In this document: positions 12,520 to 24,375 of the stretch, one piece after another
How positions within the stretch are numbered: position 1 is the stretch's first letter
How the letters are laid out: the number at the start of each line of letters is the position of its first letter
Assembly: GCA_010093605.1 (NCBI GenBank)
Contig: MU004183.1
Span: 620,001-684,000 of the forward strand
Reading direction: 5' to 3'
Source: Lophium mytilinum
Lineage: Eukaryota
DNA: 64,000 bases
Program-made: the position numbers and the translations under genes
The notes under the pieces: model-generated
The model's database searches: none
Seen by the model: only the letters and a program-made list of their open reading frames with translations
Told to the model about the DNA's origin: nothing

Positions 12520-13085
12520 ATTTCTAACCAAGAACTTGCTGAGAGCCAGCTCAGACGACGGAATGTGTTCGAATGTGCGGATTTTGTGAGACTTGTGTTA
12601 CGAACTTGACAGGAAAAAGAGAGATGTGGGATGCGAGATGAAGAGGAAAGAAGGAACGGTTGAAGAGAGAATTATCATGGCGAAGGCGGTCTTCTTATAC
12701 TCACGCAGCCGTCGACAATAGGATCATTGAACAATCGATCAGGTTTGGCGGATTCACACGTTGACAATAAGGAACAATAGGTAGCCGTCAATACAGCGGT
12801 GAAAGTGGCCCAGGCTTCGGCCCTGTTGATACGGGGCAGGCTGGTGCCAAGACATTTTCAGCCCTACGACCAGCGCCTGTCGCGCAGCAAAGCAAAGAAG
12901 CGCGTCTTCTTGATTTTTGGGTGAAGCACACTACACAAAGCCACGTCTCCCACCCCAACGCTCCAGATTTCGGGACGTAAACCACACACTGTCTCCGCCT
13001 AGCTTCAAGCCTCCGAGTTCGCCCCTAAAAAACGCTGCGAATCCATGACGGCTTCCTCCATCGACGCCCCCAACCACAGGATGCG

Positions 13086-16000
13086 ATGAGCGGCACTCCT
13101 CGACTTCGTTCAGCGTTCCCCTCTACGCCCCAGACTGGCCAGAAGGGGCGCTTTCGGACCTCAAATAATGGCACCCCCATAGTCGGCGAGAATGTGGGCA
13201 CGCCCAGGAAGCAACAGCTACAGGAACTACCCTCGCCAGCCAAACCCTCAGAGACCGCACCCTTGATACCCTTCGACATAATAGATGCGCCGTCGCAGCG
13301 ATTCTACGTATTCAGTGTTTATGTCTTCTTATTTGCATACCGGCTATACGACTTCTATAACTTGACTGTGGACGAAGTGGAATCGTTTTGGCTATTCATG
13401 AAATGGGTGGCCTTCGATGGAGTATTCCTATTCCTCCTGCCTGCCATGCGCATACCCTGGCTAGAATGGAGCGTTGGGACTGTGCTCCTCCTATTCTTCC
13501 TCCATGCCATCCTCGACGGTATGCTGATGTTCAGAATTCCGGTAAGTACTCTTTACAATTGCGATATGGTAGTCTAACATTTCGTGTAGCTTCCGATACC
13601 AGCACTGCTAGGTGCTCTGTGGAAGGTCTTCTTCGACGATGAGATGGCCATTACCGAACACAAAGTGAACGTGGGAAAGCTTCTTCACAATTCTTCTGTG
13701 ATTCTTGGAAAGCAGATTATCAATATACTTCCGGAGGGGTTAGTCCATCGAGCATGTTTTACATATAAATACTGATATTGCGTAGGTCGGCTGTATTGAA
13801 TCCGAAAAAGGAGCCATTCTGCCTCGATTCAGCAGTTCACCAAATTCAGATCCCCATCCAGATCAACCAAACAACCCCTGTGCTGATAGAGATATTGCGA
13901 ATCGATCTGGATACCATGCAGAATGAGACCATCTCAATATCTGCATCAGCGACGAGGAAGCTCATGAAGGCTGCACGCAAAAGCCAGAAACCAGCCAATG
14001 CAGCCAGTCCACTCCTTTTGCATTATCCGGTGAAGAAGACGGGCATATACATACTCCGAAAAGTCCTGGATGAAACGAAGCTCGAGGTCCAACCGAAGCG
14101 GTCCGATGTGGTCGTAGTGACTTGTCCGCACGCTAGTGTGAGGCCTACTGGAGATGACCGTTGCAGAAACGAGCTTTCCAACGTTGCGCTTGAGGTAGAA
14201 GGCACTCCACCTCTGCGAATCAAGTACAGGACGACTGTGAATGGTGTTCCTCGGGAAGCCTCAGAGTTCCAGAGCCTGCAGCCCGAGGACTTCGTGTCCC
14301 CACTTACGAAGCACGAGACCAATGCCTTGGTTCGAGCTAACGAGGAAGATGTCTCATGGGCTCAATCACATAAAATCACAGTTCCTCTCAATGAAACTCT
14401 CATCAAGAGCGGTAAATGGACATACTCTGTGGAGGAGGTGCAAGACGCCGTGGGGAACATCATCAACTACGTCGAGTCTGAGGAGGATGAGAAGCCAAGA
14501 GCGCGAAGCGGCAGTCTTCTTCAAACTTTTACCGTGCATGAAAGGCCGACGATAGTCTTGGACGGCTGCGATTCTCGAAATCCACTTCGATCTGCCAAAG
14601 GAGAAAAGGCTCGTATGCCTGTTCGATATGGTTCGACTGCGCCAGGGAAGAAAGCGATCTTTGGACCGGCTCATACTGTCGAATATCTCTTCACTCCTGA
14701 AGATGATGTTCTCCCAAATGGGGGCCACAGCTTGTTGGCTCAGCCCGTACGGACAGTACTAGAGACGACTAACAAGCAACCGATAATCTCTGATGCTGGA
14801 TTGTACACTCTAACGTCGATTTCTACAAAATACTGCACAGGAGAGGTGCTCGAACCTGCGACATGCGTTCTCCAACATCCACCGGAGCCTGATCTCGTCT
14901 TGTCGAGTCAGAACATCACAGATAAATGTGCCGGAAGCCCTATTGGTCTTCGAGTGGCTCTCGACTTGATCGGCACTCCCCCTTTTATGGTCCATTACAC
15001 TGAACATAAGAAGGGAGATGTCCCACGTCCTAAGAGAGCCCGCATGACATCCCTCAGAGGTCAAATTGACTTAACACCGTCTGCGGCAGGTCATTATACG
15101 TACACTTTCAAAGCGATCAGCGACGAGGTTTATGCAGAAAAGTCGCTCAGACCGGAACTCGTTCTCGAGCAAGACGTGAAACCGTCCGCATCGGCCCATT
15201 TTGCTCATTCCGGATCCCTGGAAACCTGCATTGACGAAGCTGCCTCATTCAGTGTCGTACTTCAAGGTGAAAGCCCTTGGACTTTGGAGTACGATCTAGT
15301 CCACTCCGGTAAACGCAAGAAGCACCATGTCAAAGACATACACGATGAGGAGTATAGAATCCTGACGGACAAGCTTACTAGCGGCGGTGAATACACGTTG
15401 TCATTGGTTAGCATTACAGACCGACAGGGCTGCAAGGAATTCCTAAAGGAGCAATCGACGATCAACGTTCGTCACGAGCGTCCCAAGGCCTACTTTGGAC
15501 AGATTGACGGCAAACGCGTCATTCGAACCCTAGAAAAGAATCAAGTGCAGCTGCCATTGAAGCTCACAGGTAGAGGACCATGGAACTTGGAATACAAAAC
15601 ACCACAAAAAGTAGAGAGTCAAAAGATCTATAATGCGAATGACTTCATTACGACTAAGGAAGAAGGTATCTACGAGCTTCTTTCCGTTAAAGATTCCATA
15701 TGCCCAGGATCTATCGACGAGAACGCAAAACAATTCGACCTTGCTTGGGTGCCTCGCCCTAAGCTTAAGATTGCAGAGACAGCTACCACAATATTCGAAG
15801 GAGGGTTCTATATCAAGGATGCCGTGTGCGAGGGCGATGAAGACTCTTTCGATGTCATCTTGAGTGGTAAGACTGTTCCATTAGCGATGTATGGTCCAAA
15901 ACTGATGAATGTCTGCAGGTACTCCACCCTATGAAGTCTCGTATGAGCAACACTTTAAGGCTAAGAGAGGCGGCAAAGCCCTTGGTCAGGCTAAGAAGGA

Positions 16001-17054
16001 TCTGAAGCCTGCATTAGGGCTAGCATCTGTTCGCACCGACACATCCCAGGCTGGCTTTTACGAATACAAGTTCACGAGGCTCGGAGACAACAACTATGAC
16101 CACGACTCCAAGAAGTTCCAGCCTGTCACTTTGCAGCAGCTGGTCAATCCTCGCCCAGAGGCTCGATTCAACAGCCCTGGAAAGACTTACAGCTACTGCT
16201 CTCGCGAAGCAGAAGGCGAAGAAGTCATTCCCGTCACCTTCACCGGAGTACCGCCATTCTACCTCGAGATCGAAATCAAACATCACGGCACGTCCAAACC
16301 CGAAACGGTCTCCTTCCCATCCATCACCTCTCATTCTCACAACCTGCGGATCCCCCACAAGAAACTCCACCTCGGCCACTCCAACATCTCCATCCGCAAA
16401 GTCCGCGACGCCCGCGGCTGCACGCGCAAGCCGCCCACATCCTCCCCGCGGGTCCAAATCTCCGTCCACGACGCCCCGTCCGCCATCCCGCTCGAGGACC
16501 GCAACGACTACTGCGTCGGCGAGCGCCTCAGCTTCCAGCTCAGCGGCCAGATGCCCTTCTCCGTCTTCTACACCTTCAACGGCAAGCAGCAGAAGGCCCA
16601 ATCCCCGGGGACGACCTTCCGCCGCATGGCAGAGCTCCCCGGCACCTTCGCGATTACGGGCCTCAAGGACAGCGCATCAGAGTGCTTGGCGTCTACGCCA
16701 GCTAACAACCATTTACTCACCAAGGTGATCCACCCGATCCCCTCGGTGCGCCTGTCGCGCGGGCTCGAGAGCCGCGTCGACATCCACGAGGGCGGAGAGG
16801 CGGAACTGCTCTTCGAGTTCACCGGCACGGCGCCGTTCGAGTTCACGTACACGCGGTCGACGAACGCGAGGAAGGGGGTGAAGAGTAAGGTGCTGGAGAT
16901 TCGGACGGAGACTAGCTACGACCACAGCATGCGGATCCGAGCGAGCGAGGAGGGGACGTATGAGGTTATCAGTATCAAGGATCGATGGTGTAGTTTTGCG
17001 AAGGCGACGGAGGGGACGGCGGCGGGGAGGGGGCAGAAACTTTTGACGTATTGA
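13086..17054 (+). CDS. POM152: Nuclear pore membrane nucleoporin Pom152
   Basis: N-terminal [18 protein letters not shown] region with FMKW..D..FL...[18 protein letters not shown], and repeated Ig-like units with G.PPF/PW motifs; 4 exons. Confidence 0.92.
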
Positions 17055-17436
17055 CAACGGGGTAGTTGAGGGTAAGGAAGGGAATGATGGGTGGATCTTG
17101 CATTTGCTGGCGTTCCGAGCCTGTGGGATTTGATTGCAGGGCCGTCCTTTTGAAATGTTGGGAGCGTAGTCTGGATAGGTTGAAAGCATATTATTTCCCC
17201 AAATCATAGATTTGAGTCTCACGTCTTTTGCCAACTTGTATGTGCCACTGCGCGGGGACTAATGTGAGGAGGTCTGTGTGATTATGGCCGTTTATACAGA
17301 GGGGCTAGGGTATGTAGTCTACGCCCATATCCTCCTAACAGCACGCCAAATCTAAAGCCATGGAGTAGCTACGAGCGACCAATGAAGCGAACGCGCGCAA
17401 GTGTAAAGGTGAATGCAAGAGCACAGAGCCAAACTA

Positions 17437-19299
17437 TCAAGGATTGCTCCGCAAAAATCCCTCTACGACTTCAGGCTTAGCTGCGTCTACGCGCCGATCT
17501 TGTTCCTTTTCTTCCTCTGTCTTCTCCTTGACCTCTTCAACCTTGGTCTCCGTGTTCTTTCCCCCGACAGGTAGGACTCCCGCAACTGCACTAGCGGCGC
17601 TGCCGGCGGCGGCTGTGACGGCTGTGGCTGCGCTGCCTACTGCGCCCTTTGCTTGCTCAAGGTAGCCGGGGGCAGGAGGTTCCTCTGCTGGAGGGACGGA
17701 AACGTCCTTGGGAGCCTGCCCGACCGTGCTAGGCTCCATAGTTACCGTCTTATCACCGAAGCCGTGGTCGTTCACCGCTGGCGTCCCCTCTGCGAGCTGG
17801 CCATGAGCATGCGTCATGGCCTGTTGCTCGAACCGCGTGGACGAGGTGCCGGCTCGGGTCTCTTGCGCCTTGTTTTCGCGGATGGGAAGGGTGGTTTCAG
17901 AGGGAGATTCCTCCTCTCCCGCTGGCTCCTCGGCGTTGTCGGGGATCGAGGAGTCTGGCGGCTGTGTCGCGGTGCCAGCAGTCGTTAGAGCCAGTTCGTC
18001 TTCCGTGATTGGCGTGTTAGACGTGACGAGGCTACCATGCATGGCCTTGATGCTCACAGGGTGGGCCAATTCGGCAACGACGCTCCGTCGCGGCACCTTG
18101 TTCTCGGTTCCTACCGCCACGGCCGTGACTGTGCCGTCTGCGCTCTCCTCCCATTTGATCGGGCCCGTGGGGATTGTGCGGCTGCCGCCCTGAATAGAGG
18201 GGTGGTCCCACTTCAGCGCCTCCTCGATGGCGGGCTCGAGGATGGGCATCATGCCGAATTCGAAGTCGAGGTTGCCACCGTACTTCTTCGGTATGTTGGC
18301 GGGGTCGATGTACTTTTCTAGCGTAGGCTTCATGTCGGCGTGAGAGAGGATGAAGATCTTGGAGACGGTGATGGGATCGAACCAGCGCTTGACCCAGCCC
18401 CAGACGGTAGGAAAGAAGGAGGGTGCACCAATAATCTAGGGGTTTTTGGTCAGCTTATGCATATCAACGTGAACGAATGGATTCTAGGCCCAATGCCAAC
18501 TCACAAAGATCCGGTCAAGCGTCTCTGGGTAATGTGCCGTCGCCAAAGTACTTGCATCCTGCATGTGCCCCTTGAGATTCCAGAACTGCTTCAAGCCAAC
18601 CTTTGAGATGTCCACAATGTTGTTCGACTGTGATATCGGCGTTTCGGGGTGGGTGCGGTCCGTTATGGCGGAGCAAAGCGGCATGACGAAACGTGTGAGG
18701 TTCTCATATAGAGCGAATAGCCGCAGCATTTTCGGGGAGACCTTGTGGGAGACTGTAGCGCCGCTTGCGATGGATTTGTCGTAGGCGGACATGTTTTTTG
18801 CGTTCAAGTGCGCGACTTCGAAAACGTAGACGGGTATCCCGCGTCTGTCGCGGCGTCCGGTCCATTGCGGGTACTGTCGTTGCTTGTCAGACTCGATTTG
18901 AGGCGAGAAGAAGTGGTATAGCTCACGAGCCGCCGAGTATCATCGTACTCCTTCACGTCGATGGTATCGTACCACTCAACGAGGTTGTTCTCTTTCCGCC
19001 ACTCCTCCGTATCTTTGAACTGTGCAAAGGCGTCCTTGGGGTTAAAACGTCGAGCTCGAAGATATCGCCTTGTGAATGTCAGCCTAGTCGCGAAGGTAGA
19101 GGAAAACAACATACAGCATGGTCTCGTCATCATGGCTGGGGTCAGGTCTTCCTCCCACCTGAGCTGGCTTGTAGTATCCCTCATCTTGACACAAGTTCTT
19201 GAACGACTCCAAAGCAGCCTGCTGGTTCTCGGTGAGATGCCCCAGATGCGCTGCAGGATATTGAAAAGACTCGATACGTTTTAAAGCGGCGTCAGCCAT
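17437..19299 (-). CDS. CRAL-TRIO (Sec14-like) lipid-binding protein
   Basis: GHLTENQQAAL, DDETML|RYLRARRF, DASTLATAHYPETLDRIF, GWVKRWFDPITVSKIFIL, IDPANIPKKYGG; multi-exon. Confidence 0.9.
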
Positions 19300-20211
19300 G
19301 GTGACGTGCTTGGGGTCGGCGATGGAGGTTAGGAGTTATATACAAATGTAGGAGTGCTGGTGCAACATGGTGTTGGAGGTGATGTCAACGGCGGTGGGAC
19401 AGTCGCGCGGACGAGCCTTAGGCCGAACGCTTCCGCGAGGAAATTGAGGGGCACAGGCCATGAGTGAGCAGGACATTCCAAGCCGGAGAACCTTATGGGA
19501 TGGCTTGGACACTGTAATTTCTGCGGCCGATTTCGAAGACGCGAGTTAATCATGAGGCGGCCAGCATCTCGAAATAAGATGCATCACACAGTGCTCGCAG
19601 ATTCCGGATCCTCCGGGTAGGCTTGGCATAGCATTTTTCTAGTATCTACCAATGAAGTCATATCGCCAGGCTATGTTGCGGGACCTCATCCATGCATTGC
19701 GTTGCTGCTAGAACTCTAAATTGCGCGATATGTGTGCCAGGTATGGCTGGAAGCACGTGAAGACGCGACGTCCATCTGATAAGCAGCGCCGCCATTATGG
19801 AATTTTGTAGTATCGGGCTGTCTCTTGCAATACCACTCGAAGCACAAAGCGGAATACTCCTTTGTTCCATCATGTTGTTCCTCTTCTCTCGTCTACGCTT
19901 GACAGCTTCCCGGACCAACATCCACCCATAGACGCGAAGCGACGCAATTGATAAATAAAGTCTGACGAGTCTCTCCGATCCTACCAAGGACAAAGCTGTG
20001 GTGGAGACGCAATCGAAATGGCAATGAGAAGGTTACATACAGTATATTGTATCCTAGAAAGAAAAGATAAGATACCAGAGGAACAACCGTGCGCCCATAT
20101 ATCTCGACCTCGAAATCTTATATGGCAAGGCAGGGTCAGACCATGTTGCAGAGAACTTGCATCGTACAGATAGTTATGTACTGTGGATGTGGAGTCCAGT
20201 AACGTTAATGC

Positions 20212-20891
20212 TCACAATGGCCTTTGTGGTTCACGCACCATACAGCAATCGACATATGGTTCGCCGTCAATCACAACACTAAACGTGTCCCGCATTTCAA
20301 ATGCGAACCGCTGGTATGTCGGTTTGCCGTGAGGTGACGCCTCAACATAACTCCGGTGCCCGGCCTCATCCGCCTGCTTGCAGAACTCGGTCATGAGTAG
20401 CGATCCCGCGCCTCTTCGCTGGTGCTTTGGCAAGGTCGCGAGGACGCCTAAATCTACGAGAACACTTAGTATCCTCGCATCACGTTGTTGTTTTTGCGTC
20501 GAAGTAACTTACACCAATACTCCTCTTCACCCATAATCTTCTTCTTCTTTTCTGTCGCCTTGCCAACAACCTCCTCAAATAGCGCAGCATCCCCGTCTGC
20601 AGGAAACTCGGTGGGTTTGTCCTGCGGAGGTTCGGTATGCGGCGAGCTCCATTTCCCGAAGGCTATGATCTCATCTGATGCTTGCTCTGGCTCAGCTTGG
20701 CCCTCCACAACCTTGTATATTCGGGAATATGGCTTCTCGATGTCACTTTCTAGACTTTTCTTATACCATTCGCGGACGGGTGGTACATCAGGCTTTACCC
20801 GCAGAACCAACGGACTCTTGAACGTCTCGAAATACAAATCGACCAGCTTGGGGATATCCGCCTTATCTGCTCTCTCGAGGCGTAAGGACAT
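20212..20891 (-). CDS. GNAT-family N-acetyltransferase (2 exons)
   Basis: Acetyl-CoA motif LATLPKHQRRGAGSLL and YVEASPHGKPTYQRFAF; intron ~20455-20513. Confidence 0.88.
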
Positions 20892-22134
20892 AGTGTAAGT
20901 CACTACTTAGACGAGTAACTGTGTTGAGAAGAGTACGAGTGCAATGAGAGTCTTGAAAACAGATGATGGAGAGCGCAGTACGGCTATGGAGCAGCTGTGT
21001 GGCCAGTGATAGTGCTATGCCGGTCGGCTTTGCCACGTATGCAAGGAAAAGTGGGTTCATGAAGCTCGGCATAGGCTAATACAATAACAGAATGTTCTGA
21101 GCATACCTAGATCCACGCTAGTATGAGTTTGGGGGGGCTTTCCGCTACGCAGGGGGGATGTTGGACTAAAGACTCGTCGCTTTGAGAGGGAAATAGAAAA
21201 ACTTGTGTAACTGACAACATACTTAAAAACCGCCTACGAATTGCCGGTGATCATGTTTTGGAATCTAGTATATGACGAAATGGCATAAATAGAGCCCGCA
21301 TGAGTTAATCAGTAATAAACCTCTACTCCCGAGTCTTCTTGGAAGTTGCTACCTAACTTTATCATACTCGCACGCTACATCATCCTATGTTGTCGGCTAA
21401 AAGGTTGCATCCCCTCCTAGAAGTAAGGACTCCTCATGGCAAAGCCTGATCCAAATTCAGACAGACTCGAGCTGCTTTATGGGAGTCTCGCCATACTAGT
21501 GTCTGTGTGCAGTGGTGAATCCAGGCCCGACGGTGATTTGCCGATTACGTTCCGAGTTTAGCTACAGTTTAGCGATCATCTAGACTACAATTTTTGGATT
21601 GGTCTCGCAGCATGCTCTACGCATTTCTTCATCTTGACATCATCTGGAAGATGCAAGTATTGGGAGATGAACGGTCCGCACGAAGGTAGCCATTCGTGCG
21701 AGGAGGGGTTGCGCAGCCCTTTGCAAGACTTGGATTAGTTATTCGGCGTGCCCGAAGAGATGCGTGGAGGGAGGCACCCACAGCGAGTCTTTATACCACA
21801 CGGTCGGTAGAGATGTTGTCGTGGTCAGCGCCGGAAAAGTAGCCGATGTTCGCCGATCACGTGATATTTCGGGCCAAATTGCCGAGACTCGGCGTCACCA
21901 CATCATCGCCATTGCTTTTGCCGCTCCTCCATTAACTACCCTTTTGCCATGCCGTTCCACATGCACTGGTAATCCACTTTCACCATCTTCAAGCCTTCAC
22001 CATCAGTGGGATACTGAGTTAAGGATAAGTCGGACAACGAAGCCCACCTCTCTTCGCTTCATAATAGCTCTACTCTTCAGACTCTTCACTTGCCACTAGA
22101 GCATCACTCAACTCCCAGGTACCTTACACGCACA

Positions 22135-24012
22135 ATGGCTACCAAAGACCTTTCTCTTTCTTCCTTGCCTACAGAAATACTGCAAGCTATCTTTGAATTT
22201 CTTCCACCTGAGGCTCTTGTCACTTGTTCTGGTGTATCAAGACGATTGAAGGCGATTGCCACTCTGCCTGCACTATGGCGCTCTCAATGTCAAATGCTGT
22301 TCAAGTTCTGGCACGCAAGGCACCATATCAGTTCGAAGCTGGGCGGGCCTCTTCCCGATACGAACTGGCAAGCCCTCTTCAAGGAGCGCATCACAGCTGA
22401 TCGCACTACAAGTCGACTACTTCAAGAGATCCTCGCATCGCAGAAGCGGCAGATTGCGAACATAGCCGAAATCGCCGCCCTAGGGTACGACGCGAAGGAT
22501 GCTCTTCTTCGGGAATGCAATGTGCCCGACGATACAGAAGACGTGCTTGCAAGAAAGTTCTATGCGAATGCCGCCCTTGATCGGATCCACCGGGAGCTTG
22601 CCATCAACGTGTGGAAGGACCTGGCCAAAGGCACAGAAGTGAAGCTAGAACGAGCCTTAGCCGCGTATGACATGTTTACCCTTGGCACAAACGCGGGCGA
22701 TATCGACGACATTACTCGCTTCCTAGACGATTTGGCGCGCAGTCTTCGTCTCGAGAATCCTACTCTAAGTTCTCTCAGCACACGAGAGCAAGCCCTCACT
22801 CTTGCTAGCTTCCTCAGATCTCGCAACTATCGAGGTGTCTCGGAGGGGTCGTACACGGCTCTTCGCAACAACTTTATCGGCATAGTGCTCAGCAACGAAG
22901 ACCACGAATCGCTGCCGTTGATTAGCGTTGCTATTTACTGTGCAGTTGCTGAACGGGTCGGTTTAGATGCTCGCCCTTGCGGCTATCCTTTTCACGTCTA
23001 TGGAATAGTGCACCCTCCCAAAGGGCACACACTTGATGGAAAACTCGCTTCGACGACCGCGACCCCTGAACATCTATATATCGACCCGTTCCGATCTGAT
23101 CTAGCAGTCCCAGAAGACTCTCTAAGGACGATGCTCCGCCAGATGGGTATACACAGCTCAGACCACAGCAACTTCCTTGGCGACGCATCAACTCGGGACC
23201 TCGTTCTGCGAACCGCTCGTAACATCATGAACTCGGTCCAGACCATCCGACAAACCGAGGAACAATTGTGGGCCAACAGTAGTTTTCGCCCCCCATCCTG
23301 GCTTTCAGCATTCCCAGACATGGACGACGCCTTCTACGCAACGCTCTGGTCCATGCTGATACTAGGCCCCGGTTTAGAGGAAGACGGGAGCGTGGCGAGC
23401 ATTACGACGCGTCGGCGGCAGTACCTCCCATACCTCTGCGACCACTTCCAGCAACACTCTCCGTGGGACGTCACGCTCATTGAAGAGCATATCGTTCCTA
23501 TGTTCTACAACCTCCCTGAGGGCCAGCGTCTCATACACCATATCAACACGATCCACGCGGCCGATGCAAAGCCAAAGCCAGTCTCAGCGCGTTCGGACCT
23601 GACAGACAACGTGACATACAAAGTCGGGCAGGTGTTCCACCACCGCCGGTATTTGTACGAGGGCGTTATCACCGGGTGGGACTCGGCTTGCGATGCTGGT
23701 GAAGAATGGATACGACATATGGGTGTGGACCGGCTATCTGGTGGGCGGGGCCAAGGTTTCTATCATGTCCTGTAAGTTCGCATCTACCTGCGTTTTCTGT
23801 GCTCACCTTTGGAAGCCATACTAATCTGGTGTTCGAGCAGTGTGGCAGACAAGAGCATGCGATATGTTGCCGAAGAAAATATCGAGCCGGTGCTCTCGAG
23901 CTACGAGCCCTCACAATCGATGATGAAACTTGCCGGGCGGTATTTCAAGCGGTGGGACAGCAGTAATGGTGTCTTTGTTAGCAATATCAGGGATGAGTAT
24001 CCCGATGATTGA
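22135..24012 (+). CDS. F-box protein with transglutaminase-like and YccV-like domains (FBXO21-type)
   Basis: F-box LSSLPTEILQAIFEFL; SLPLISVAIYCAVAERVGL..PCGYPFHV..YIDPF; YccV-like YKVGQVFHHRRYLYEGVITGWD..QGFYHVL|..RYVAEENI; intron ~23772-23840. Confidence 0.88.
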
Positions 24013-24375
24013 AGGTGTACATAAACGGGTGTATCCATACATCATGATGCTCGGTACACCTCATGCTTGGATTTTAATAAGTATCATAAAACGTCTCTTT
24101 TAGAAACAATCATATGTTTCATAATATCAATTCTTTGAACGCCGCATGATAGTATTGCAATGCCGGGCATCGCACACAGAAGGGGTTCCAGAACGCACAA
24201 GTCCACTGGCCCCCATCTGCCCAAAACTGACCAGTTTCGTGAGTCGTACCGAGTAATTTCCGATGAAGAAGGCAAGGAGTGTTCTTTCCTAAGAAACCGA
24301 AGCTCAACCCAACCCTCTCATAAAAAAGAATATATACAAAAGAACTAAACCCCACCATCTCCAACCCCCCTATAC

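Noticed and set aside
2668..20891. Secondary-metabolite cluster (FAD oxidase, monooxygenase, GNAT)
   Set aside because: No PKS/NRPS/terpene backbone, transporter or cluster regulator; genes are interleaved with housekeeping loci.
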